From assembly GCA_008632985.1 (NCBI GenBank), contig QPGO01000009.1, positions 1-64,000 on the forward strand: DNA of 64,000 nucleotides, given 5' to 3'. The position numbers and the translations under genes are program-made. Source of the DNA: Psammoneis japonica (taxonomy: Eukaryota). This document shows, piece after piece, positions 1-11,809 of this stretch (positions are counted from its first letter, which is position 1; every line of letters starts with the position of its first letter). Under the pieces are notes generated by a model, which saw only the letters and a program-made list of their open reading frames with translations, was not told the origin of the DNA and did not search any database.

Positions 1-27
1 TCGTTTCAGAGCGCCTGTTTAGACGGG

Positions 28-2063
28 TTGACGGATTCTTGGGCGCCATTTGCTCTAATTGCGGCGTTTCTTGTATTTGCCAACAACTCCATCGAATGGA
101 ATCCGCAGATTCAAAGGGTGGCTTCCGAGGCTGGCGACTCGGCAAGGGATTGGACGCTAAACAGCCAACTCTATTTGCGTTTAATGTCGTCCTTGCCACT
201 ACAACGAAACGTATTGGAGTGGTCGTGGACCGCAGGTGCTCAGGCGATTGCCATGGTGGCGTCTTCACGTCTTTCATCCTTTATCTTTTTGGCTCTGGTC
301 GGCGTTACGGTATCGTTTGTTCAACCAGTACTGGCTGCAATCATTTCTGCTTTTGGCGAAGTATTGAGCTTGCCACAGTGGAGAACATGGCCAGTGCCGT
401 GGGCAGACGTGAGGTCCGAAACAAGACATGTTTTCAAAGGCTTGAGTGATACAATCTTGCCTTTCTTAGGAATCGAAAACGCGAGTTTCTTTCTGAAAGC
501 GCATCCGAAGAAACTTATATTTTTCAGATACAGTAGTGGTTGCTCTGTTGTCAGTGTCGCGGTTTCCTGATTGGGTGTTACAACGGAAACGTTTGAAAGC
601 GCAATGGACTCTACCGACGACGATGCAATGAAGGACGAAGCTGCCGCATCGCTGCTAGCCAGCAGCACCGAGGATCTGAACAAGCTGGGTGTTACCAGCG
701 CATCAAGGTTGACTCTCCAAGCAGAGCCTGGTACTATCGAAGGCACTCTTGAACGGTGGCATCTGCTGAAACAGAGATCTGATGGGGTCGGAGTCTCAGC
801 TAATTCGCTCAAGTCACTTCTTAAACTTGCTGGGTACTCAGTTTCTGCTGCCCGGACTCGATTCAACGTTGGTAAATCTGTCCGTTCTCCTCTTTTTCAG
901 CTGGTGGCTTGATTGGAACGCGTTAGGGAGCTTGTTGCATGTAGGTGTCGTCCTCTTTCCAGTAAGCGCATTGTACAAGACTCTTCTTGATACTGTTGGG
1001 GAGATTTCACAATTGCAGTCGGCAAAAGGTGACATGCAGATAGCTGCAATGGTATCACCTACCAAGGGAATAGCTGCGTACGATATTTGGGCTGCTCTCA
1101 CTGCCAAACGTGCTTGGGCTGTGCGTGGCGCGAACATCTCATGCCGTAATGGAGAAGTGTTAGTCTTGCTCGGAAATGATGGCGCCGGAAAGACCCGTTT
1201 GTTGACAGCCTTGGAGGAGGCCATGGTCCGGCCTCCGAAGCGATCTCAATCAACGACGAAAGTCCGAGGCTCGTTGAGTGCCGGTGGCATTGACGTTGCA
1301 AAATGGGACAGGATTCAGCTGAAGAAGCGTCTTGGAGTGTCTTTAATAGACGTCCGCACTGTCACTGATCTTGCCGAGTTAATGTCAGGGCTCACTCTCG
1401 AAGAGATACTAGAGCCTCTCGACAACGGGCGCAGCATGGCCGAACCTTACAGCCCAGGAGGTCGAGAAAACAGCGCCATGGCCCTGGCTATGAAGGTTAG
1501 TATTATTTGTATTGTTTCCATGGTGAGACGAATTTACGGTAATTCTTAAGCATGCGCCAATTGTTTTGTGCGTATTCAGATTACTGGCGTTTCGGCTTCG
1601 CTATTGCCGCGGCTCCCTTCAAAACTCTCGACGGGTCGTCTCTGCAAACGAGGATGAGCTACAACCATCAGCACTGCGACCACCGGCTAGTGCATTGTCT
1701 TCTTCGGAGTGGTCAAAAGTTCTGCTCACCAGAGTTCTAGCTCAGGCGATATACGACAATGACAACCAAGCCAAATCACACAATTCGGTTGACAAATGTT
1801 TGTTTGGATCTATATTGATTCTCGATGATTTTACAGCATCAATTTGAGAAGCAGAAGAGGCCAGATTCCTAGCTGCGCTGCGACAGACGGGTGCTGCGAT
1901 AATCTTGTCTTCTCACAAGTGGGCAAGAGGACGGCTTTCAGACAAAGTCGCTGTTATCAAGGACGGAGCGATTGCGGAGACTGGTGCGCACCATGATTTG
2001 CTCAAAGTTGGTCCACAGAAGGGCTGATACGCGGCTCAGTGGCATTCCATGGGCACAACATGA
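28..2063 (+). pseudogene. ABC transporter-like gene (hydrophobic N-terminal part + ABC ATPase), disrupted; may begin upstream of the window
   Basis: Walker A GNDGAGKT in ORF 782-1549, Walker B-like ILILDD near 1810-1830, and a C-terminal SSHK...VAVIKDGAIAETGAHHDLL typical of ABC ATPases. GT-AG intron 1496-1579. A frameshift near 1630-1635 (KLST|VVSANEDEL) and in-frame TGA codons near 1845 and 2026 break the frame. Assembly errors cannot be excluded. Confidence 0.7.
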
Positions 2064-2806
2064 ATTGGAATGCACAAGCATAGTTTGCTCGGCATTCGCC
2101 AAAAGATTGGAAATTTCGATTCTCAGTCGCGGATACCGTCGTTTAGTCGTGTCTGTATTCGGCAGAAGCAGAGAGGCAGAAAGTTGTTGGCATCGGGCTG
2201 GGCGGTTGGTGCATTGATTGGGGCCACGGTAGGATTCCTAGTGGGAGGACCACTCATCTCGTGACCTTGGTGGCTGGAACACAACACTCGGACTTTCCGG
2301 CAGCCGGCATCAACGGAGTTGAATGAAATCAGCACGTGATGGGACGCTCGGAGTTTCGCTTGGAGCAGAGCTGTTGGAATCATTAACTCGTACTCTTTAC
2401 ATTTGGTGCAGTGCTGGTATACATGGTCGGTTTATTGCGAGGATTTTATCGCGGCAGTTTCTGTGAGAACCATTGTAGTTACAATGGATTACACTGGCAA
2501 TTGGTCTTCCGTGATTCGGGTGGACAATGAAGGATGTGCTACAGTGAACCGGCAATGACAAAACACTGTTAATCTGGACGATTGTGTCTACACAAATACT
2601 TCTTAATGGAACGTATCGTTTGTCTTTAATTGTGCATATTTCTAACGTTACATATAATTCTGGAAGGTGTCTTTCGCTCCAAATCTTCGGTGTCAACGTG
2701 TTAAATCAGCTGCTCGATGGCTTTTTGCTTGCTCAGAAAGAAGCAGTGCCACCACAATGAGTCGGGTACCAGATCATACCCGCTGACCGCACGTTCTCCT
2801 AAGTCT

Positions 2807-3298
2807 TTACAGTTTCAAGGCCTGCATCTTCTGCAAAAGCTCAAGCATTTTGGTTTCCATTTCCTTGGCGGCCTTCTTTGCCTTAACGTGGCTTCGAAAT
2901 GCATGCTGAATCTTTTTCGCCCCGACTTCCCTGAGTCCGTGAGGGCGGCCATCGTCAGAACGTTCGAGAAACTTGCTCAACGTCTCGCAAATGACGTCCT
3001 TGTGCTCTTGATGGCTTTCAGCTTTTTCAAGCGTCCACTCTCCACAAATTTCTTCGGGACACTTGTGGCAACGGCACATCAAACCAATGGATCTCTCATC
3101 TTTTAAAGACTCGAGTTTCCGTTCGCCGCACGAAAGACAAAAGCAAGGTTGGCATTTGGTCGAGTCTTCGACAACGTTTTTCAAAAAGAGATCCAAAGTT
3201 TTGCGAGTTTCGCCTTTGAGCTTGAGACGATTCACCATTCCTTGAAGAGAAGTGCTGCCATGCTGTCGCAGTTCCTCTTCAGCAGGCCCATTTTTCAT
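2807..3298 (-). CDS. hypothetical protein or 3' remnant with a Cys cluster (CQPCFCLSC...CRCHKC) and a coiled-coil tail
   Basis: 163-aa ORF with natural-looking composition. Its 5' side runs into hypermutated island 1. Confidence 0.35.
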   Translation of the reverse strand: MKNGPAEEELRQHGSTSLQGMVNRLKLKGETRKTLDLFLKNVVEDSTKCQPCFCLSCGERKLESLKDERSIGLMCRCHKCPEEICGEWTLEKAESHQEHKDVICETLSKFLERSDDGRPHGLREVGAKKIQHAFRSHVKAKKAAKEMETKMLELLQKMQALKL

Positions 3299-3299
3299 T

Positions 3300-4800
3300 T
3301 TTCTTTTGTCTCTTCTGATGGGTCAGTTGCTGCAGGACTCAAGGCTCTGCTGTTTGGCATGCTGTGATGGCTCCACTGTTGGAGCATGTTTGTGAGAGGA
3401 GCAACTCTGGACAGACTCTGCTCCAGACCTTGCTCATCAGAAGGTCCACTCCACTCTCATCCACAGGAACTTGAAAAATGACATTTTTGCTGCCAAACCA
3501 GTTCATGACTTGCTCCTGACAGACAAGATTGTTGTCCACTGGTGCAGGCCCATTTGCCCACACCATTGTCTTGAATGCAGACATCCCACAGAGGATTTTG
3601 GCCATGTTCACAACAGGTGTCCAGCCAACTGGCCATGTCACCACAACAATTTTCCACAGGTCCTCTGCAAGCACTGAAACAATCTCAACACTGTGCCACC
3701 TTTCTGCTCTTCTCCTTGGAGGCACAGGTCATTCAATGAGATGGTCAGTGAAGAAGACATCAGTCTTCTCCAGTGCGGTGGGCAGCTCAAAATTGAGTCA
3801 CACACGTGGAAGTCACTGCGGGAGCTGTGCAAAAAGCACAACAGCAGGGTCCATGGACATGACAGGAGACACGCGAAAGTTGGCTCAGCGTCAATGTGCT
3901 TTGTGCAAGATGCTTGACAACTGATCTCTGGACAGCAATGACCGCTGTTCCAGGTCGCTGCCGCTGCCAGAAGATTTCCTTGCTTTGGCATGCACTGGCA
4001 CCACAAAATGCAGCAAGGATGCCTTGTTGGCATGTTTTGCACAGTCTGCCCAGCTGTCTTTGTCAAACCACCTTGTTGTCCTCCCACCCACTGGCTGCTC
4101 TTTGACCCATGTCAGAGCAGTCAAGTCAGTGCGCGCACATCTCTGGCTGTCTTTCCCAGCCAAACCATCAGCAAAATGCAAGTGTTTTGTTGAGAACACA
4201 CAGAGACAACTCTTTTGTTCCGGCCGCAAGAGGAGCAATGAGAAAGACATGGTGGTGTTTGTGCCATCATGAGAGGCGCCGCACAAAGCCTGTTGCTGTC
4301 CCAAAGGATGAAAAAAGCACAGAGCCACCAGCAAGCAACAAGTGCAGCTTCTGTCTGTGGCTGTCAGCAGCTCTTCAGAGGGCAGGAGAAAGGGGGAGAG
4401 AGAGAGAAAGAGGCTCCAGCCAAGGTGCTAAAATCTGAAGTGTCAGCAGCAGCTGTGAGCGGGGCTGCTTGTGCCCCCACTGCCGCTTCTGCCAGAGCTT
4501 TTTCTCTGCTGTAATTCCCCAGAAGGTGATGGGAAAGAAGGTGTGCCAAGGTGTCAAAATGTGCACACAAAACCACCAAGTGTGTGGCACTGGGTGTGCC
4601 CGCCTTTCTCATGATCGCTCTTGGGCCTGGCTTTGGGGGCGCTGATGTCCATTTCTTGACTTTTTCAATGAGCTGTTTGCATGTCTTCCCCTTGCATTCC
4701 TTCATGCTCAGCTGTGTGAAATGTTTGCTGGGCACGTCACAACGATGTTGCATGTGGGTAAAAAGCAAAAATCCTTGCTCAGGTGCAAAACACAACACCG
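3300..4800. other. CpG- and TpA-depleted hypermutated island 1
   Basis: Very few TA or CG and an excess of TG/CA. Switches abruptly to CpG-rich sequence at ~4830. Confidence 0.85.
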
Positions 4801-4962
4801 TGTGCGAAACTAACTTGCCGGCATGAATGCTCGACGGCGAGCGAGCGGCGACTCCCGCGCCGCCCGCCCTCCATCCGACACGGTCCGTATGTCCGTCCGT
4901 CAGAAACTCGCCTCTCGCATCCGCGTCGCACCATCCAGTAGTACCACTCTCGACCACCAACC

Positions 4963-6033
4963 ATGGCGTCGTCCACTCTCTCCACAGGACTGCTTTATGC
5001 TAGACAAGCTCTCATTAGACACACTATCAGTCATAGATCCCTCTCTAGTATTGAGCTATGGAGAGCTGTTAGAAGCCCCGTGGCGGATCAGTCTGGAATA
5101 GCACGATTTCTGTCGACAAAACCAAGCCTGAAGTTACCTCCGAATCTGAAGATTGACCCTCGTAGTACGTGCTCCCCCTTTTATGGGTTACCAAAGCATG
5201 ACGATATGACTATTGAGAACGAGTCAGAAGATCTAACTTTGGAGGAGAATGACGTAGAGATCTCCCAACAAGATGACATCGATGTTGAACAGTATGTGAT
5301 TCCACTCCCAGATCGTTTGCATGCTGACATTTATGATTTCAAAGACTCGGCTGCTCCCGTCGGAAGTATCTGGTTGGACGAAACTGTGTTTGGTCAAGAT
5401 GAAATTCGCGTTGATTTGATCCAGCGTGCTGTTTTGCATTATCGAAACAAGAAACGTGGACGACGAAAGGCCATTACCAAAACGATTTCTGAAGTGAGCG
5501 GCAGTGGCCGCAAGGTTCGTCCTCAAAAAGGGCAGGGCGCAGCTCGAGCGGGACATTCTCGTCCAGCCCACTGGAGGGGTGGAGCCAAGGCACACGGACC
5601 AAAGGGGTGGATTCAGAACTACGGTAACTGCAAACTCAACAAGAAAGTCAAACGACTCGCTCTGTTGCATGCTCTTTCTCAGAAACTGAAGGAAGGCAAC
5701 ATTGTTCTTGTCAATGACTTCAGCGTGGATAACGATGAGCAGTCTTACAAGACAAAGCACTTGGCGACTATCTTGCAACGTCAGTGGGACGTTGCTCACC
5801 GCAATCACGGTGCCACGGCGCTAATGGTGGACTATGTGCCGGATGAGGAAACCAGTGTGGCCGACACGCCGGCGTCGCTCTTGGTGGCGTCGAGGAATTT
5901 GTACAAGGTCAAAGTCATCAACCCAAAGCAGGTCAATGTGTATGACTTGCTCAAGTACGAGAAACTCTTTCTTACGCTTAGCGCCATGACTGCCGTGGAA
6001 GACAGACTTATGAAGAAGCGATGCAAAGAATGA
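4963..6033 (+). CDS. MRPL4: mitochondrial 50S ribosomal protein L4 (uL4m), single exon
   Basis: L4 signature TKTISEVSGSGRKVRPQKGQGAARAGHSRPAHWRGGAKAHGPK, plus KLNKKVKRLAL and NVYDLLKYEKLFLT. Arg/Ser-rich N-terminal extension resembles a mitochondrial presequence. Confidence 0.93.
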   Translation: MASSTLSTGLLYARQALIRHTISHRSLSSIELWRAVRSPVADQSGIARFLSTKPSLKLPPNLKIDPRSTCSPFYGLPKHDDMTIENESEDLTLEENDVEISQQDDIDVEQYVIPLPDRLHADIYDFKDSAAPVGSIWLDETVFGQDEIRVDLIQRAVLHYRNKKRGRRKAITKTISEVSGSGRKVRPQKGQGAARAGHSRPAHWRGGAKAHGPKGWIQNYGNCKLNKKVKRLALLHALSQKLKEGNIVLVNDFSVDNDEQSYKTKHLATILQRQWDVAHRNHGATALMVDYVPDEETSVADTPASLLVASRNLYKVKVINPKQVNVYDLLKYEKLFLTLSAMTAVEDRLMKKRCKE

Positions 6034-6108
6034 TTGGTTCTCACGAGTAGTAACGGTAGGCAAATGTTATCCATACACGTAATAGCTTAGTAGCGAGAAA
6101 CTCTACCA

Positions 6109-7935
6109 TTAGTTTTCCTCCGTTATAGCGTCTTTTCGTTGACGAGCCACCAACAGTTTAGACGTAGTAACCGCAATCGCTTCCTCGTTACTTTCCAGCT
6201 GACTCGTCAATTCTTGTATTCGGCCACTTGATTCTTGTTGCAAAGCTTGACACGATTGAATCTCTTGCTCAACCAAAACCAGCTCCTCACGAGTCTGCGT
6301 ATTCTCACTCTGGACAAGTTCGTATTGCTGCTTGTACTGTGTCATGGTTCGATTCAAGTCTTTCACCAGTACGACAAGCTGCAATTCTCGTTGACGCGTT
6401 TTCAATTGTTGGACACTTTGTTCTTCTTGCTCTGGTCGCTGCTCATCGTCATGTTCATGCCGCTTCTGAATCAATTGTTGCTTTCGAAGTTCCAACTCGA
6501 GCTTGCGTTTTGCAAGCAACAGTCTCATTGCGGGGGTCGATAGAGCAGAAGCATTTAAATCTGACTCTTGTTCCTTTTGCTCAATCGCGACGTTGAATCG
6601 AGGTGGAAACGGTGGCGGTTGTATTGGTAGTTGTTCCTGATCCTCTTGTTGTTGGGCTAGGCCTGGAACAAACGGAAGCGCATCGCATGATAAGTCTGAT
6701 TCGATTGTCTTGGGCTGCGATTGCTCCTTCTTGGTGGCGACAGCCTTGTTTTTGAGCTTCTGCTCCAGTTTGCGTTTCAGCTCTCGCACTTCATTATGAA
6801 TCAACTTGGACTTTTGTCGAGATGCTTCAAGGACAGGTGACGATACGATATCGGTAGCTTCCGTGTCTTCAGCGTCTTCAAACTGGCTGTCGGACAACGA
6901 TTCCTCCATGTCGCTATTGTCACGTGACAAGTTTGGTGGGTCTCTGTGATTGACAAATCGAACCAAATCAGCTGGACCCGAAGCGGAAATGTTGGTAATG
7001 ATTATTTCAAAAGCAGCAATAGGAGGAAGTATGCTTCGAGTCGAGGCAGCGGGCACCTTCTCTGGAACAGTTTGCAACTGTAGTAGCCTTTGTCGCTGAG
7101 CGTGCGCGGCCTGTAGCTTTGCACGAGCCTGCTCTAATGCCTCTCGCGTCTTCTTGGATGATTCCCTGTGAGTTGGTATGCTTGAGCTTGTTTCAGTGCG
7201 TTGGCTCTCGGACGTGCCTGTATTCTTCTTTGCCGTTTGCGAGCTTTTAGTTTCGTCTTCCATTGCAGCTCCCGTGGTTTCAACGGAGCTTTGATTCGGT
7301 TGCGACTGAACTTCCTCAGAAACGCTCGGTATACTTGAAGCGTCGCTGCCAACAGCAGCATTGGGTAAGTTCTTTTTCTTCTTCATTCGATTCCGCTTCT
7401 TTTTCTTCTTCTTTTTTGGGAGCGACTGAGCATTGTTCGGTTGAGGTTCATTTTGCGGCTGAGGATTCTTGCGTTTCTTGTTTCTGCCGCATACATCCTT
7501 CTGGGGAGGAATCTGCTGTTGTTTCTCCACCGCTACGCTTTGGCTTTGCAATACTTCCTCTGCTGCTACGCTCTGGCTAGGCAATTCTTTCTGTGCTGCT
7601 ACGCTTTGGCTGAGCAATGGTTGTTGTACCGGAGGGTTGAAAAAGTGATGCATCACTGACACCGGGCCGTTCTCTTGTAGCCCTACTGGCGTGTGCTGTG
7701 CTAATGGAACCATCACGGGTGGAGGAGCACGTAAAGTATCGCTATTAAATGGCCATACTTGATGTGGAGGAGGGGGCGGTGGTGGCGGAGGAAGAGGCGG
7801 TGGTGGTGGAGGAATCATCATGGCAGAGGATATTTCATTCGTTCGCAACGGAAGATGTTGTTGTTGTTGTTGGTTATTCGACCACGAATTTACATTCTGC
7901 TGTTCTGGGAAATTTGTATTGTTGTTGTTGAACAT
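6109..7935 (-). CDS. hypothetical low-complexity protein (Gln/Asn- and Pro-rich N-terminus, poly-Lys NLS-like stretch, C-terminal coiled coil)
   Basis: 608-aa uninterrupted ORF from an ATG, convergent with uL4m (75 bp gap). Confidence 0.8.
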   Translation of the reverse strand: MFNNNNTNFPEQQNVNSWSNNQQQQQHLPLRTNEISSAMMIPPPPPPLPPPPPPPPPHQVWPFNSDTLRAPPPVMVPLAQHTPVGLQENGPVSVMHHFFNPPVQQPLLSQSVAAQKELPSQSVAAEEVLQSQSVAVEKQQQIPPQKDVCGRNKKRKNPQPQNEPQPNNAQSLPKKKKKKKRNRMKKKKNLPNAAVGSDASSIPSVSEEVQSQPNQSSVETTGAAMEDETKSSQTAKKNTGTSESQRTETSSSIPTHRESSKKTREALEQARAKLQAAHAQRQRLLQLQTVPEKVPAASTRSILPPIAAFEIIITNISASGPADLVRFVNHRDPPNLSRDNSDMEESLSDSQFEDAEDTEATDIVSSPVLEASRQKSKLIHNEVRELKRKLEQKLKNKAVATKKEQSQPKTIESDLSCDALPFVPGLAQQQEDQEQLPIQPPPFPPRFNVAIEQKEQESDLNASALSTPAMRLLLAKRKLELELRKQQLIQKRHEHDDEQRPEQEEQSVQQLKTRQRELQLVVLVKDLNRTMTQYKQQYELVQSENTQTREELVLVEQEIQSCQALQQESSGRIQELTSQLESNEEAIAVTTSKLLVARQRKDAITEEN

Positions 7936-8229
7936 GTTCTCGTCCCTTACGTCGTCAAGTAAGAAATTTCAGTAGATAATCCACCTCATCGTCAAACATG
8001 CGGCGGCGTCTAACTCGTCATCGCCAGAGTGCTGTGAGCTGTGACGGCAAAGCAAGCAAGCGAGCGAGCAAAACGAAAAATGACGAGCGTCTGTGCGTAT
8101 GCCAGTCGCCAGGCCTGGAAGGTGCTCTCGGCTCTCGCTCTACCGTGGACCGGTACCCTACAATACTCTCTCTACTGTGCTGTACTCTCTCTACTCTCTA
8201 CTCTCTAGAGAGAGAGCTAAGTGCGACAT

Positions 8230-8610
8230 GATGTTTCGCCCGAGCCAATTGCCTTGGCCATTGACGATGGAGCCAACGATGTCGGTTTGATCCGAGAAGC
8301 CAACGTGTGCGTGGGATTGTCTGGTCTTGAAGGCAAGCAGGCTGTAAATGCGTCTGATTTCGCGATTACCCAGTTCCGATATCTCGAGGAGCTACTCCTT
8401 ATCCATGTGCGATGGAACTTTTCCGGATGGGCATGGTCGTTCTTTTCTCTTTTCTCTTTCTATAAAAATGCTTTGAGTTCCCGGGCTCTTTTCAGTGGCA
8501 CTCCGCTGTTCGACGAATGGGTTATCGCGACGTTGAACTTTGTTGTAGGAGCTCCGATTCTCATTCTGAGAATATCTGACCGATACTTAGAGAAAGATTT
8601 CGTCAGGAAG
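8230..8610 (+). pseudogene. P4-ATPase (phospholipid flippase) gene fragment
   Basis: LAIDDGANDVGLIREANVCVGLSGLEGKQAVNASDFAITQFRYLEELLLIH matches the P4-ATPase hinge region, but GDGAND reads DDGAND. Only ~130 aa of a >1000-aa protein is present. Confidence 0.85.
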
Positions 8611-9351
8611 GTATGCTGCTGGACGCAACAACGGACGCACGATATACCGTTGGTTGCTGCTTACTCTTTTCTATACTTTTTGTACTCTCTACTCTCTGAA
8701 TATGCCACCTCAAAGCGGCGATGGTGGAATGACTTTTAAAAGAAAGTTGGAAAAATACTGATTGGAAGATACGCAATTTTGCGAATACTCTCAAACAGCA
8801 AAGGCCGTCGGTGTGACGAACTTTAAACTTTGATATCCCTAGGTTTTACAATACTGTAATGTGACAATCCTATCAAAATGGCTCTATTGGCAACGAGATT
8901 AAAATAAGTATGAAGTTTTGCTACCATAACCCAGCTGCTCCAGGCAACAGACAATCTACCGTGCGTCACCGTAATTCTCTGGTCAGGATGGACGAGTTAC
9001 TGAATACTGTGCCCAGCACAACTGAACTGGAAGGCTCTGTTTCTACCGGCATATCGAGACTACCATAGTCGTACGAGAAGCTCCACATTGCCATGCGGAA
9101 AGAAGCTGTACCTCCATACTGCATTTTGTCCCTCTGGTAGATAGCATCAACCTATTATTCTAAAATTGCCGCTTGGGAATCAGTGTCCCATCCGGCCAAT
9201 CATGTGGGTCGCAATTTCCAAAACGTCCATAGTCTCTAGCAAGTCGTAGTCGTGTCGAAGATACCTCTGACCGACGCCTCGCCAAAGACTTTGTGGCTTT
9301 GAAGGAGGAATCTTGATGCAACATGATGAGTGATGAGCCAACGAAGAAAGT

Positions 9352-9610
9352 CGTGAGCAGATTCCATAAACCCATGAGCAAGACAAAAAAACCATGAGCA
9401 AATTCCAAAAACCCATGAGCAAGACAAAAAACCATGAGCAGATTCCATAAACCCACGAGCAAATTCCATATTTCCCCCGAAATCTGTGAGCAAATTCCTT
9501 TACAGTATTGATTCTAAGTAGTAAACTCCGTAGAAATTCGAAAAAAGGAATTTGCTCATGCCAAAAATTTGTGGAGATGGAATTTGCTCATGGATGCTCA
9601 TGAGTTGTTC
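9352..9610. repeat. short tandem array built on CCATGAGCA(A/G), with inverted copies
   Basis: About seven GAGCA-centred units of ~18-22 bp at 9352-9500, and reverse-complement AATTTGCTCATG copies at ~9549 and ~9581. Confidence 0.75.
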
Positions 9611-9873
9611 TGTCACTTTTCTCACTTTTTGTTCATGAAAACAAGATGAAAACCGACTGGAACTGAGAACGCTCGCATCAACGCACCGCAATGAACCGCC
9701 TTCTTTCGTCGCAGTCCCCTGCCGCCACACCTGAGCGTCGTCGTGTTGCCGACAACTTGGGTCACATCGGTACGCCAGAGCGTGGTGTTGCTGGTAGGAG
9801 TAAGTACAGTGCGTGTCTGTACAGTATGGTACTTCTAGCTAGTAGCTAGAAGTGTTGATGGTGAACGCCGGCA

Positions 9874-11427
9874 TTGGCACCAATGCTGCCGGCGTGCGTG
9901 TGTACCTCCCTACTCGTACTGAAGAAGACGACTAACCCTCTCGCTCTTACCCCCGTGTTGCAGGCCGTCATACCTTCTCGCCCGGTGCTAATCTGTCTCG
10001 CTCCCGGGCTCACCGTACTTTCACGGGACATATCGGGTGCTTCGACCTTGACGGCGTACCTTCAGAACATCCCTGAAGAAGGAGAGGTTCTGCCGCCTGC
10101 AGTAGCAGACTCGACCGGACTTTTGGGCGAGGACGACGAAGACGAACCGAGCACACCTCCTACAGCTGCTGGTTTTGCTGGTGCCCTTCTTCGTCGAGGC
10201 ATTTTCGGTGCCACGAGCGCTTTGAAGACGTCACTATCTCGTCAGTCTTCAACCTCCGCCGCCTCCGCCTCCAGCATTGGCCATTCGACTAGACCTACTG
10301 CTGTACACTCAGCGCTACCTACTGCTAGGCGCCAGCAGTATGACCGACAGTCTAATGTCAATGAGTTGATGGCCTCGGCGGGTATTGTTGGTGCCACGGG
10401 CGCTGCTTTGACGACGCCACTAGCCCTATCTCGTCAGTCTTCAACCGACTCCAGCATTGGCCATTCAGGACGGGCAGACAACACGACTACTGCTGTACAC
10501 TCAGCGCTTCCTACTGCCAGGCGCCAGCAGTATGACCGACAGTCTATTGTCAATGAGTTGATGGCCTCGGCGGGTGACTTCGAAAAACTCCTGCAGCTTT
10601 CCGTACCCATTGAACGGACGGTTTTTGAAAGCCTCATCGGCGAGACGCAAGAAACTGCTGCTCATCTTCTCTCCTCGGAAAGGGAGGATAACGAAGCCAA
10701 GATTGAAAGCCTTGAATCCCAGATCCATACGAAGAAGGAAGCCTTCGACGACGCAAACCGGCAGATGCGGACGGCACAAATGGAGGAGACGGCTGCGAGG
10801 AATGTTTTGAATGAAAAAGAGAGGATCGTTACTAAAGCGACAAAGCTGTGTGCCGAAGAGAAAGCCACTCTGGATCGACTTGTGTCTCTCCTTTCTTCAC
10901 GTCTGCAACGAATCGCATTGCTAGAGTACATCAAGAACCCTCCGGTGGTCGGGCCATACACAGATCTCCCTATACCCAAGATCCGAATCCATATGAAGCT
11001 GGACTGTCAAGAAGCATGGGATGATCTTGCAGAACAGAAGATCTGCGCCACCCAGAGAAAGTATGCTCAGATGGCCAACTTGGGGATTGTCGGACACGCG
11101 GAGTTTCCCGGGAAAAGTTTCCCGTTTTACAGGAGGAGGATCACTGGCGCTGGACAGGAGACCAAAGAACAGTACATTCAAAGGTTGAAGGACTTCTTGA
11201 AGTTTCGTGAGGAAACTCAATCGGAGAAAGTAGCCCGCCTTGCGCTGGAGGCTGAGGCGGCGATGGAAAAGCTCCGCGCTGCCCAGCAGCACACCCAGAA
11301 CGAAGCGGATTCGGCGTCTACCTCCCATGGCGTCATGGAGGGTGATTCCAACGCCCTCGGCAACGACGCAAGTGCTCCTTTGACGAAGAAGCGGAAGTTC
11401 GAAGGCGCTTGTGACGCCGAGCTTTAG
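9874..11427 (+). CDS. hypothetical protein with an internal ~50-aa duplication and a coiled coil
   Basis: 517-aa ORF. LSRQSST..SSIGHS..TAVHSALPTARRQQYDRQS.VNELMASAG occurs twice (~10235-10385 and ~10425-10575). The true start is uncertain. Confidence 0.65.
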   Translation: MAPMLPACVCTSLLVLKKTTNPLALTPVLQAVIPSRPVLICLAPGLTVLSRDISGASTLTAYLQNIPEEGEVLPPAVADSTGLLGEDDEDEPSTPPTAAGFAGALLRRGIFGATSALKTSLSRQSSTSAASASSIGHSTRPTAVHSALPTARRQQYDRQSNVNELMASAGIVGATGAALTTPLALSRQSSTDSSIGHSGRADNTTTAVHSALPTARRQQYDRQSIVNELMASAGDFEKLLQLSVPIERTVFESLIGETQETAAHLLSSEREDNEAKIESLESQIHTKKEAFDDANRQMRTAQMEETAARNVLNEKERIVTKATKLCAEEKATLDRLVSLLSSRLQRIALLEYIKNPPVVGPYTDLPIPKIRIHMKLDCQEAWDDLAEQKICATQRKYAQMANLGIVGHAEFPGKSFPFYRRRITGAGQETKEQYIQRLKDFLKFREETQSEKVARLALEAEAAMEKLRAAQQHTQNEADSASTSHGVMEGDSNALGNDASAPLTKKRKFEGACDAEL

Positions 11428-11809
11428 GGTAAGTATCTACTCTCTGCTCTAGTAGAGAGAGTAGGAGAGGGCCCTACTACTAGTAGCTAGAACACCAGCA
11501 TCTATCTAGCCCACGATATTTTCGTTGACCCAAGCAATTACAGTGTGGCTTCCTCGATTGAAGCTAACCTAGTTCACAGTTTCGTACTCCTATGACGTGC
11601 TACGAGCTATTTCACGCATGCCGAGAATTGCCGTCGCTAGACGAGTAGCCAACAGTAGAGGTACCATTCAAAAGAGAGTGACGTTGGGTGGAAGTATGAT
11701 GTATGTTGTTCCAAATGGCGGCGTATTTTAGTCGTACAGTACGTATCCAAGATTGCCCACACGTAGAACCGTACGTATTTGTCCAGTACAACCATGGTGC
11801 GGTTTTCTT

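Noticed and set aside
568..2030. TGA recoding (Sec/Trp) in the ABC gene
   Set aside because: Frameshifts co-occur with the stops, and uL4m ends normally at TGA. Pseudogenisation or sequence error is simpler.
5233..5808. Antisense ORFs over uL4m and other real genes (also 26036-26503, 59291-59824)
   Set aside because: Shadow ORFs of coding sequence with no recognisable motifs.
9352..9500. CRISPR or telomeric repeat
   Set aside because: Simple tandem units without unique spacers, and not a TTAGGG-like motif.
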